A stretch of 64,000 nt of DNA, taken from positions 17,796,001 to 17,860,000 of the forward strand of contig NC_087251.1 of NCBI RefSeq assembly GCF_037042905.1, written 5' to 3'. The DNA is from Lytechinus pictus. Lineage: Eukaryota. A program made the position numbers and the translations under genes. This document shows, one piece after another, positions 52,696-64,000 of this stretch (positions are counted from its first letter, which is position 1; the number at the start of each line of letters is the position of its first letter). Below the pieces are notes generated by a model. The model made no database searches. It was not told the DNA's origin and saw only the letters and a list, made by a program, of their open reading frames with translations.

Positions 52696-54119
52696 TTAAG
52701 AGTATTAACAGCCAAATACCCAAGAAAGGACATTGAAGCATCTTCTTGCTTTACCAGAACATGTGATGACAGACCGAATTAAACATAGAATTAAAAACTA
52801 GGAGCACTGTCAGGAACTCCTCATTCGATGAACCTTCGGAAATTTATCCAGTGATGTAATATTTGGGTAAAAGTCATGAAGAAAAAGTTTGAAACTCTGC
52901 CAAGAGAATGATACAAATGGAGCAGACAATAGCCATGAGAGTTGCAAGAAAGGATGAAGTCATTACAGCAGCAAAAGCCTGCAATGGTTTCATGAGTAAG
53001 AGCAGGTATTTTGGAAATGAATCATTCCAAGTTTCAAATTCAACCTTGATTTATAAGCAGTGAATCAATTACCTAGGAAGGGTTGATTACATGGATATGA
53101 AGTACAAATCTAGATTTGACACGATGAGCTAAATATGATGAAAAATCTAGATTTCCTGAAAGAAAAGATATGACCAAAACATACGATGAAACATTAAAAA
53201 TATTGTAAAAACAAAAAACAAAATTATGCTTACATCTGCAACAAAGCAATCTAGAATTTAGTTATGCAAACTGTGGAAACAATGATTTTCTCCCCAACTC
53301 AATCCTAGCAAAGATTAACTTGAACCAGTTTACAAGTCAGTGGTGCATAGGAAATCATCTGAGGGTGTGGGGCAATGGGCAGACAACTTGGGTGCCTATT
53401 TAAGGGGTGTTAAAAAGACAATACTTTAAAAGTTTAAAGTTTAGTCTGATGAACAACTATAGAAGTCACTTGCATGTGAAGTTCAGAGGGATGCAACTTC
53501 AACACTTTGGCCCCTTGTCAGTTGTTGGAATGGGGCGCGATTTTGGCACTCGCCCTGAGAGTAGTTTTTCTTGGATACCCTACTGTTATGAGAAGATAAA
53601 GCAGGTAATATATTTTGAGCAAGGTGTGGCTTAAGCAAGCGAAACTATATATTGCCGAATCTTGATCTCACAGCTTATTCTGCTTTCCAAAGTAGAGCAA
53701 AGCCATAAGACACCCCCAGAACAGGAGAGTGAAAGTTCTCATGTTGCTGAAATTACTCATCCCACCACACCTGAGTGTGGTGAACTTCCCATACCTGTGA
53801 ACTCCTAAACCCCTCATTGACATTAATGCAGGAGCTTTGCCTTTTATGAGCTCTGGGTTAGTCACACAATATCCTACGAAGAGCAAATACAATTGTTTCT
53901 AATAAGATAAGTCAATCAACATCATGGATATCGTGATCCCTCCCCCACACTACTGGATTCTTCCCTGGTTTATCTGACACCCGCTTCAGTATCATATAAC
54001 ATGATAATCTAATTGGGATAATATTTTAAAGAAAAAAGAAAGAAAGAAGGTGATGCCCATTTGGGACGATAAGCCGGCGAAAAATGAATACCCTTTTCTA
54101 TGAATATGATTATTGTTGA

Positions 54120-54410
54120 TCTCCCACCTATTTCTTTCCTTCTTTCTTTCCCTCTCTCCTTTTCCCCTGGTCTCTTCCTTTTATATCTTTCCATCTCCCT
54201 TTCTTCTTCCTTTCCTCCACTCTTGTCTTTCATCTCTCTTTCCCTTTCTCCTTTTCTCTGTTTTTTTCTCTATTCCCTTTTCACTCTTCTGACCTCTTTT
54301 TATTCCCTTTTTTTCTCTTTCAAACTCGCTTTTCCTTTTTCATATATTGATCCCCTTCTCCCTTTCATCTCTTGTTCCCTTTCTCTTTCTCTCTCTCTCT
54401 ATCTCTTAGT
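54120..54410 (+). repeat. CT-rich low-complexity tract
   Basis: Almost pure pyrimidine strand, which explains the spurious Leu/Ser/Phe-rich ORF at 54100-54429. Confidence 0.85.
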
Positions 54411-56194
54411 TTACATGAAACCAGGTTAAATGCTTGATGAGTGACAGGAGGGGGTGGGGGATCATAAGGAGGTATTAGACAGCCATATGGGGTAACATGA
54501 CGCATAATGACATAAATAAACCATAATGACAAGCAGAAATGAATTAGATTCAGGCAAATTCAACTGCTTGCATTATGAAAATCTGATAGAAGTCTGATAT
54601 TCTCTGTTGAATTGCATGATAAGATCCATAATGTTAGTGTTCCTTTTCTTTCTAGAGCTTTTTGTGCTGTGATTGAAGGGGATTTAATCATGCCTCTTTT
54701 CGTGACAGCTGATCCAGCAACCCAACAGTTGCCCCCAGGATAAAGTATAAAATTATGAAAATGTATAGTGTTCATTAAAACCCCTCTGGATTTGATTCAA
54801 TGACCTGTATGTTGTATTTTTGTGTGATACTTGCATCTTGATTAATGTATGAGTTCAATAACATTAATAAAATTAATTAAACATATTTGCAGTGATAGGA
54901 AGTATAGTATCTTGAGGTGAAAAATGTACATAAAGGTACCAATTGTCTGTTTGTTGTGTGTCTACTTGTATGTCTGTATGTCTGGTTTTAATAGCCCTCA
55001 TTCTCTTCTCAGTGCGCCTCCTAATTTTCAATTCTTGACCTCTGTATTTCCCCTCCCAATACCACCTTCCTTTCTCATCTCTCAGTGATGACTTAAAGGT
55101 ATTGTGGCTCTGAGTATTCATATCCTGAAAGGAAACCTACTTCTTCCTTCACCCCTTCAAAGGTTGTGATAACAGCCTCAACTAAATTCTCTATCTGACC
55201 TTAAACAATACATTCAAGGGTTTCTTCATTTCATAAAGACAAAGTTCGTCTGCACATCAGCTTGCTGATTTAAATTAGTTCTATGCGAGGGGTGGGGGAA
55301 CTTGAGATCTTCAAAATCTATCACACTTTAGTTTTTAATTCATTTTGCAACTTTCTTTTCTATTAAGCAAAATAAGTTTCACAATTATAACATTCTGTGG
55401 AATATAGCATCTCGTGTAATGTCCACTCAATCCAACAATCCAATGATGGTATTTATTACAAAGTGCATCTATACATATGGCAACTTAAGGTTTCTTAGAA
55501 AGTCGTCTAGAGGAATGTTAACATCAATGACTTGTTATTGTTAGAATTGATTTGTCCGATCAGACACTTTATATTATCAATCAATAAGGTTTGGGTTACG
55601 AACCCCTAATTGGGGATTCTGTAACGGGCTCCCTTCAGCAGTAGATATGAAAAGATTGAAAGGTCGCCAAGGCAGGAATGAAAGAACATAAAGAAAAAAA
55701 AAGTATAATTATCAGACCATAGAGGACACACCCAAGACCTTTCTTCTAAGAAAGTCTGATGCCGTGTTGCTTGTTTTTTTTAACGCAAAATGACTTCCTT
55801 TGAGATTTTCAAAGTTTAGCTGGAACTTGAATGGATGCCAACTTGGTGGACAGTGTTGCACTATTCTGAGAGCCAATAGCATGCTTGTGGTATGGTCATG
55901 TCTATAATGAATTTTCGTTAAAAAAACCTCTTTCTTCAGTTGACATATTTAGTTAAACAAGTCTTTTTCCAGAAAATTGCATTATATTTGGCGAAAACAT
56001 TACAAATGCAGCAACAAATTAATACTTGGGTTGGCAACTGTTAATTTGGTTTGGAAATGCAATCACCAGTTCAATGGTTTCTAAGAATTAATTTATGGTC
56101 AAGGCTAAACAAGACCATCAGGAACAGGGTGCAATAGTGCTCTAACCTTAGATGGTCTCTAAGGGCTAATCAACAGGTTTTGTATTAATCGGTA

Positions 56195-56655
56195 TGAATG
56201 GGGTTCAAAGTGTAACTTTTGACAAGAGGAATAACCACTGATAGCAATTGATAGCAGAGACTAGTTACAGATCATAGGAGCTATGTCAGATAGGTCCATA
56301 GCACTATCAGGATTTTTAAGTTTGATTTTTAGTGTGAACAGGGTTAAAAATGATATAACCTTTGGCAAACCGAATGACCACTGATACCTATCAGAGCCTT
56401 TCTTCTTTCGCGTCCTTTCTAAAATGCAACAAAAATCTGGGATTCAAGAAACAATACAGATTGGTTATACATTTTATAAGCCCTAGTCCGCAATACTGTC
56501 AGAATTTTGCAGCCCAATCACCAGTGTGAACTGGGTTCAAAATGGTTATGACCTTTGACAAGGGGAATGACCACTGATAGCTATCAGAGTCTCTCTTCCT
56601 TTCTTACATGCAAGAAATCTGGGATTGAAGAAACAATAACAGAGATCGGTATCAT
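56195..56655 (+). repeat. Local diverged direct repeat (two long copies plus one partial)
   Basis: GTGTGAAC.GGGTT.AAAA...GAATGACCACTGATA.CTATCAGAG...AAATCTGGGATT.AAGAAACAATA at about 56332 and 56524, with a partial third copy at about 56200. Confidence 0.8.
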
Positions 56656-59600
56656 GAGAAAGAGGGTGGACCAGAAGGAAAGGACCCCTTAAAAGGTTTA
56701 AATTTACTCAAGAATAACAAGTACGCTTTAGAAACTCCCACAAGGGTTTGTTCAAATTATGTTCCCTGGTAGATTAACATCATAGCAAAGTGAGTGATAG
56801 CACTTAATTTTACAAGAGTTCTTGCATGGGTTCACAGAAATGAAAATGGCTTTCAAAGATAGTTGGAAACTTCTGTACAGCAAACAAATAACAAATATTT
56901 GATGATACATAATATACTTTTCATTCAAATATGAAATTTCATTAAAGTCACCATCTCAATTGTCAATAGCTTTCATATTTCTTGAACAATTTATTGAAAG
57001 TCTCTTCATCATGTCTGATTGATTTGCTCCTCCCCTTTGAGGATATCTGAGTATTTGGATTATAAAATGAATTCAAATAAGGTATGACTCCACCTTTCCA
57101 ATGTGACCAATATGATCAAAACCACAAATTTTCACAAAATGTTCTTTCCTTAACTCATTTCATGATAAGAGAAGACAATTGTGTTTGCATAAAATCTTTC
57201 ATTATTAGTTCAATAACTTATTTGCATGGGATGCTTCACAATTACTGATTGCCATCCTCTAGATAACAGGTTAAGAAATGGTTACTAAATAAATATCCTC
57301 TGAAAGTACTGTTCACTCATGATCGATCTTATTGGCAGAGCAAATAAAGGTAGGGGGCCACAAAATGTCTCTTCTTCTGACTTTGACCCTGAATCATTCT
57401 TTTTTATAGGTCATTGCTAATCCCTAACTCTTGCTTTAACATGCACATGAGGAGATAGATAGATAGCCCTACCTGTTCCCCTCTATTCACCTAGAAAACT
57501 CCTGGGTTTCACCCCTTTTACCTCTCCCTCGCTTGTGGTTTTCCAAATTTAGACTTGTCTTTCTCTATCCATCTCCCTTCTCTCTTGAATGAAGTAGGGG
57601 TAAAAGGGTTCAGTAATTTTGACTGACCTGTCCTTCGGGAGAGTTGAATTTCAACTTGAAATGAACTATGTGAAGCGACAGAGTCACGAATGGTAATCTC
57701 GGTATTTCAATGAAGAAGAATATTTAAGAGGGGCCGAGTAAAAGGCACATGTACCTTATATACCAAAGGACTGTGCTGTCCTTAACCTTTGAAAATTATA
57801 CTGACTACTGAATTCTGTTACCACTATATATGAGGGATCACCTGGTTGCTATATTGCCCCAATAGCTACATGCCCCCATGCAAACAACAGATCATAAACC
57901 CTCTCACAAGAAAAATTGTCATCTTGAAATCATTCAGCAAATTCAGCAGCACATGAACAAATCTTTATGATTACATGCCACATTTCACTTAGTTCAGGCT
58001 TGTGGCTTGATATTGTTTGTAGAGGTCTAACAAAAGATCCTAATGCATTATTGTCTCCAAATATTCTGTTTTGCACTAAAAACTAAAAGAAAGAAACAAA
58101 AACGTAAACAAATACTTAAAAACTACAAGATCCCTAAGATGATCTACTCTATCTATAATATATTCCCTTACTTTTTATGTTCCAAAAGTGTCTATCTTCC
58201 CTACAATGTCTTGCATAAATCCCTTTTCCTCATCAATGACAGTCGAGCCACACCCCATGAAATCTTATCAGCTTACCAGAGAGTTGCGTTGCCATAGACA
58301 ACGGCCAACATGACAAGCACTAAATGGTGGCTGACATTCAGCATATCAGGGGGACCCCACCCTAGATAACATCTTGGATTCACCTCAAATCTTGGCTTCT
58401 GATTGATTGAGTCTAGTCTACAAACCAGACCTCACATTTTCCAATTTATCCACCACTTGGTCATCAAAGCTTCGGAAGACCAGCCAATTTTGCTGAAGAG
58501 GGCCTATCCAGACGTGGAGTACTAATGAATAAAATAGTGTAAAGTAAATAAAAGATAAAGAGTAATACTTTAACCACAAAGTTGGGAAAGTTGGTCACTA
58601 TCTTCCTCATGATTGGTCACTTCATTAAAGTCAAGTCCAAAATCATCAAATTGGACTGGCTGAAAGATTATTAACTTTACATTTATGTTGTAAAAAAGGG
58701 GAGAAATGGATTTGAAGTGATATTGGTATTCAATGTTCATGTGCTTCATGAAAGAATGGTCTACGTAGTTGAGCCTACTCTAGGGACCATACCACTGATA
58801 ATGTATGTTGTATGCAGTAATTAAACTTAGTCCTGTGAAAATGAATTTTGTAAATCTAACATGCTTTGTACAGGAACAAGAAGGTTTCAGTATGGAGTGA
58901 TTTAATACAGATATTGGTTAGAACCAATACAACTTAACTGCACGCCATGGCTTCTGACAATTACTGAAGTTATCGCATGTGCAAATTTGACCCAACAGAC
59001 TCAGTGCCGCACCTTATTTGAATACTAACAGAGATGTAATATCCAACAAACTGTACTAGTATGTGAAAATGAAGAAAGAGATAAGAACCTAGCACATATA
59101 TGAAAGAAATTATTTTGAATAATAGTTACATTTTTTCACCAAAATACTCTCTCCCTTGCAAAATGTTAGATTTCCATCTTCCAGCATGGGTTATTTTATG
59201 ACTCCTCAAGTGTCACTTAAGCAACAACTATCTCTCAATGCAGTATAGAAAACAAAGAAAGCAGGAGATTAGATCAAACCTATCTTTGGAACAAAGGATG
59301 ATCACATCTCTCTTTATAGAAAACATGCACATGCTCTGGTTAATTGGTGAGGATGGCATTAGATTATTATGATGTAGTTAATCAATTACAACAGATCATG
59401 CTGATATGACGTGTCTAGACGTACCAAGTATAGCTTCCTACAATTATTACCACATTAACCTATAGTTATCTGGAATCTCTTCTAAAATGTGTGAACCTAA
59501 ATATAAAAAAATACAAATATGTGTGGATCAAAATAGGGATTCAAATATGTCATGGTCAGGAATATCAAATTACATTAAAATTCAATTGAGTTGCATTAAT

Positions 59601-61804
59601 ATTGTACAATGGAAAATGTTTTGTCAGACAAGAAAGGTGGTCCTAAATTTTTCAAAAATTAAACTGTAGTTTTGGGGGGCACATGCAAGAATGATGATGA
59701 TCATGAGGATGGCAATGACGATAATGATGATGACAATTATGATGTAAAAGACTTCAACTTTAAACCAAAGTGGCCCGTTTTAGCTTCTGACTACTTCTGT
59801 CGCCCAAAGTCGGAGTTCTAGGAACTCCTTTGATGCATTAAAACTGAGAAGTAGACCATGAAGTCAGAACCTTGGGTGTATGCTTGTAACCCATCCAAAA
59901 ATAGAAAATTGAGAAGGATTTTGAAATGTGTGATGGTGAAGTCAAGCCTAACTTCATCTGACAGCAGTCCGGTTGTGTCAACCCCTCTAGAGTTATGATA
60001 GTCTCATCAAGGGAGACTATCTGTCACACTCTCATCCAGATTGCATGGGTTAGCCAAAAGGCATAGATGTTTAGTCTTTAGCCACAGACTCTTATTAGTT
60101 CTTAAGGCAGTGAAATCCTAGCACGTACTGTGCTTCTTGAAAAAAACTATAAGTAAATCAAAGAGACTTTGACACAAAATTATGAAACCCCATTATTGCC
60201 TTTTCACCTTCTCTAATTTGAAAGCAGAAGTCACATGATTGATATTTTGGTGCTATGAAGTCATAATCAATAATCAATTCCATATGTTCATTCTGGTCAT
60301 TTTTTTCAACAAGGAAGTTAATTACATAAATCAATGTCAGACATGCCCTGAGATTCCTTTCTTTTCTGTTAAGTCTAGAGTTGAGGATCTCTAGCAGAAG
60401 GAAAGCTGGGGCAATGTAAAGAGACTAACTCAATCTTACTCCTATACTTACAGGTTTTTCAAAAGTACTACAGGATTCGAGGCAGCAGTGTTCGAGAAGT
60501 TCCTTTTGTTCAGTAACAGTCTCTAACAAAAAGGGGATATTTTTCTGCTGACTTTTTCACGTCTGTTCATTCAAAATTTCATTAGGTATTGAGGCTCATT
60601 GTTCTGACAAATAGGCATGGTACATTCCAATATAAGGAGCTAGTTATTCAAACACATGTAATTTTTACTTGGTGGAGGCATAATTTTCTTTACATACACC
60701 ATCACTGGTGGGTGGTACTAATGTAAAACTGATTTCACCCAGGGCTAGGTAACATGACATTACTTTGAAAGGTGAGACCAAGATAAAATCAGAAATCTTG
60801 GAGTAGCATGGTATCATCTTAGAAGGTCAGATGAAGATAAAATCAGATCACCTGAGCATCTCAGGATGTTGGCTTTTCTTTGCTCGTCTTGATCTTAGGG
60901 GAGGGTTTCAGTCCCTCCCTCTTCTCACATGGACTTCCCTTTCAGGTGTCCAGGAAGGGTGTCTCTTATCACCCCACCTCTTCTTCTCACCGCAAACAAT
61001 CCCAGGAAAAGAGAGGCAACCCAACTTCTTCAAACAATAAGAGTATGATGTATTTATAACTTCATTGTTTTTAAAGAGCAGTGTCTCATAATTATATAAG
61101 TGCCATTGAACACATTTTGAAGTGACTTGCTTGCCATAACTAGATATGATGTACTTTTGAACAGATTGGAGAGGAGAGGGCTATAAATTCATAAATGTAT
61201 TAATATAACATACTTATTTAATTTTTTTGATAATCTCAAAATTATACATTATCATTTGTTACAGATTAGAGCTGTTTTGATTCGATTTCTGCCTTACAGA
61301 AGTCATATCTTATCTTAAAGTAAGAAAGTCTGAAATGTTTCAACCATTCGGAGACTACACACAGGATCACAATACAATACAGCTTTACCTATCTGAACCA
61401 GGATAGTTCAAATGTGGGTCGTGGCAGCTTTGGGGGTGGGGCTGTCAGCTCCTGTCCATCATCATCACTAAAGGATGAAACAAGTCACATGACCAGCGGA
61501 AAGAGGAAGAAGAGAAAAGCCGGGTCAAACTAAAGAGGAAGGCATGAGTCAGAAGGTAAATTTACCATTGTAATGACAGACTTGACAAGCTGAACAATCA
61601 CTTCACCAAACAGCAACAGGTTGCGGTCTGTGTGTGCTTTGAGGTACCTGTCACCCTGAACAAGGCACACCTTCAAAAGAACACAGGTTTTCATTCCATT
61701 TAAGGGCAGGCAATGAACATTCATTACGTAGTCTATTGCTATGGCCAAAATAAAAAAGTGCACTTATATATCTGTGATATCCGCTTTGTATCCATAATCT
61801 CTGT

Positions 61805-62280
61805 CAAGAGGTTTATTGTCTCACCTGCATTACACAATTCAATATAGCAGGAGTGCTGACAATGAAAACAAATGAGATGAATAATTTTTCACAGTACACA
61901 CCATTCATTTCATAATCAAATAAACAAAGTTTTAATGACCGTAAATAACATTGACCCTGATCATGTGACCAGAAACTCATGCAAAATGATCAGGGATAGT
62001 GTCTATTTTCTTAGAACTAGTGATAGATCCATTTACTTTCAAAGTTAAAATGTTAATAACTAAAACTTAACCTTGGTTAGGATTTCAATGTTGATAATAC
62101 AACATGGTCAGTGTTCTTTGACCCTAAATGACCTTTGACCTTGATCATGTGACCTGCAACTCACGTAAGATGATACTCAATTAACCTTATGTCCAACTTT
62201 CATGAATTAGGTCCACATACTTTCTGAATTGATGATGACATTTCAAAAACTTAACATTGTTTAAGATTTCAACTTTGACA
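61805..62280. mobile_element. Older, shorter copy of the HINE-like family at 9657-11744
   Basis: Shares GTCTC.CCTGCATTAC.CAAT..AATATAGCAG.AGTGCT.AC, TGACCCTAAATGACCTTTGACCTTG.TCATGTGACC and CATTTCAAAAACTTAAC. Only about 2 repeat units and no piggyBac insert. Confidence 0.85.
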
Positions 62281-62360
62281 AGCAAAATTTGATTTAGATG
62301 AATAGAGAGGAATCCACATAAGTATCCTTGACAAATTCATCAAAATTTGATGTAAAATAA

Positions 62361-63180
62361 AACTAGAAATTCATATCACTGATGTGATTAATACCTGTCC
62401 CAATGTCATTACCATTGCAACACAGTTTCCAACACATTTGGAAATATTAATCTTTCATGTCTTTATCCCAAGATGAATGTTTGTGTCAAATTTCATTAGC
62501 AATGATAAAAAAAACCAAGTAGATTTTTCCTGGGTTTGGCAAAGCATCATTCCCAAAGCAACACTATTTCCAACACATTTAGAAAATGGGAATTGCAAGA
62601 TCTTACCCAAAGACCAATGCTAGTGCCAACTTTCATTAGAACTGGCCAAAAAGTGGGGAAGTTATTTGACCGGCAATGGGATTTCTGGGATTTTGGCCAT
62701 AATAAGCAGTTACTATGGCAAAACAAAATCTGCCAAAATGGAAAGATCATGATTTCTGACACACATAAAAAATGTGTCTTGCTTATTTGTACTTCAAGAC
62801 CAATGTCTGTGCCAAATGTCATGAGTTTTTGCCATATCTTGTTACCATGGCAACATGATTTCCAAAACACAAAAATTACATTTTGCACTTTTTTATCTCA
62901 AGAATAATGTGTGTGCGAAATTTCAAGAGAATTTGTTAAAAACTGATGGAAGTAATTCAAACCGCTAGATTTTTACCTAATACTTGACATAATAAACCAT
63001 TACCATGGCAACATAATTTCTGACACTTGCGAAAAATCTGTTTTGCACATCTTTAACCAAAGACCACTGGGTGTTCCAGATTTCATGAAAATTGGTTCAA
63101 ATCTGAGGAAGTAGTTCAAACCACAAGATTTGCAACAGACTGACTGCCCAACCGTACACTGATTTCTATATTCCCCTTAC
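62361..63180. mobile_element. Second HINE-like family with internal diverged tandem units
   Basis: Starts AACTAG. Repeated TTACCATGGCAAC, AAGACCAATG and AAATTTCAT blocks. Ends with a degenerate (ACAG/ACTG) microsatellite and TGATTTCTATATTCCCC. Confidence 0.6.
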
Positions 63181-63184
63181 AAAT

Positions 63185-64000
63185 CTGACAGGGCATGGCT
63201 GGTCACCTACAGTTTAAGCAACAAGGCTTGGCAGGTAAATCCCAGGCCACAATCTCCCAGCCAGGTATTGACTAATCTAAGCTACATGTATATTTCCTTG
63301 TTTGACCTAAAATTTAAGGGGCAAGGCCCTGTAGGCAAGTAATTCACAGGCCACCATCTTCCAGCCAGAATCTAGAAAGCAATGAACACTAGGTGGTTTC
63401 AAACCGCCTCGATCACAAGAATCCCCGTTAAATTACGAGAACTTTTTTAGGCTGAAAAATACCCATTAATTATTCCTGCATTCACACCGCCCTGAAACAT
63501 ACCCTTCGGGATAAGTTCCTGAAGTTACGAGCATGCGCAGTATGGTCTGATAAGCAGCAAGGCGCGAAATTCAAAATCACTAGCCCAGCAGCAACCCATG
63601 CACGGCGCCGCACCCAACGACACGCTGGGCTCAAAGTTCCCGTAATTTGCTTTCAGACCGCCAAAATACCCACGACCTTGGAAAAATCCCCGCGAAAGTT
63701 CTCGTAATTTCGCCAAGTACCTACTATTTATCGGGTATTTTCTTTCGGGGATATTACGCGTAGTTTGCTTTCAGACCGCCAAAATACCTGGTATTTTCTG
63801 ATCGGGGTAAATTTCCCGATCAGAGAATACCTGGAACTGGCGAACTTCGAGGCGGTCTGAAACCACCTACTGGGCGTGGCTGTTCACCTACAGTTTAAGG
63901 GGCAAGGACTGGTAGGCATATAATTCACAGGCCACAATATCCCAGCAGGAATCTACTAAGCCACATGTATGTAAAAAAATCTGACTGGGCATGACTGTTC
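63185..64000 (+). repeat. Diverged 100-115 bp tandem repeat, interrupted by a MITE and running off the window
   Basis: The blocks GGGC(A/G)TG, ACCTA(C/A)A(G/A)TTTAAG, CAAGG, CAGGCCAC and CCAGC recur in units starting near 63190, 63300, 63872 and 63987 (the second unit lacks the first block; the last is truncated). Confidence 0.8.
63391..63868. mobile_element. Young MITE with 3-bp ACT TSD (Harbinger-like)
   Basis: ACT at 63388-63390 and 63869-63871. TIR AGGTGGTTTCAAACCGCCTCGA / TCGAGGCGGTCTGAAACCACCT with 1 mismatch. Internal TTTCAGACCGCCAAAATACC twice. CpG-rich. Confidence 0.92.

Noticed and set aside
53105..53118. CAAATCTAGATTTG palindrome, with the core repeated near 53143
   Set aside because: Short, AT-rich and without a TSD; compatible with chance.
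54009..54429. Lys/Glu/Arg-rich and Leu/Ser/Phe-rich ORFs (also at 12887, 36042 and 41100)
   Set aside because: Artefacts of GA/CT low-complexity tracts.
60454..60585. Good branch point and acceptor (ACTAAC...TTACAG) suggesting an exon
   Set aside because: All three frames hit stops before a convincing donor.
62536..62907. Overlapping 123-aa and 113-aa ORFs on opposite strands
   Set aside because: They lie within the internal repeats of a non-autonomous element and show no Rep/helicase or transposase motifs.
1..64000. tRNA, rRNA or known microRNA genes
   Set aside because: None recognised by eye. A tRNAscan-SE, Infernal or miRBase search would be needed to exclude them.

Overview
AT-rich, CpG-depleted animal genomic DNA. 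The repeat families look like those I recall from sea urchins, which is an inference and was not verified. It reads as a large intron or intergenic region. The only recognisable protein-coding sequence is a full-length but inactivated Tc1 (DD34E-type) transposon at 16311-18284, with long inverted ends and a MITE inserted upstream of its start codon. The rest is non-autonomous DNA transposons identified by terminal inverted repeats and target-site duplications (PIF/Harbinger-, Kolobok-, piggyBac- and EnSpm-like MITEs), Helentron-like elements carrying 163-bp tandem arrays, a LINE 3' tail, microsatellites and unique non-coding sequence. The unique sequence contains a few CpG-retaining islands and recurring RFX X-box-like motifs. 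The most unusual signal is two perfect CA...TG palindromes (26 bp at 14464-14489, 24 bp at 50660-50683), each flanked by an exact 7-bp direct repeat. This fits excision footprints of P-superfamily transposons. No host gene could be identified, and nothing here establishes a new multi-gene system.
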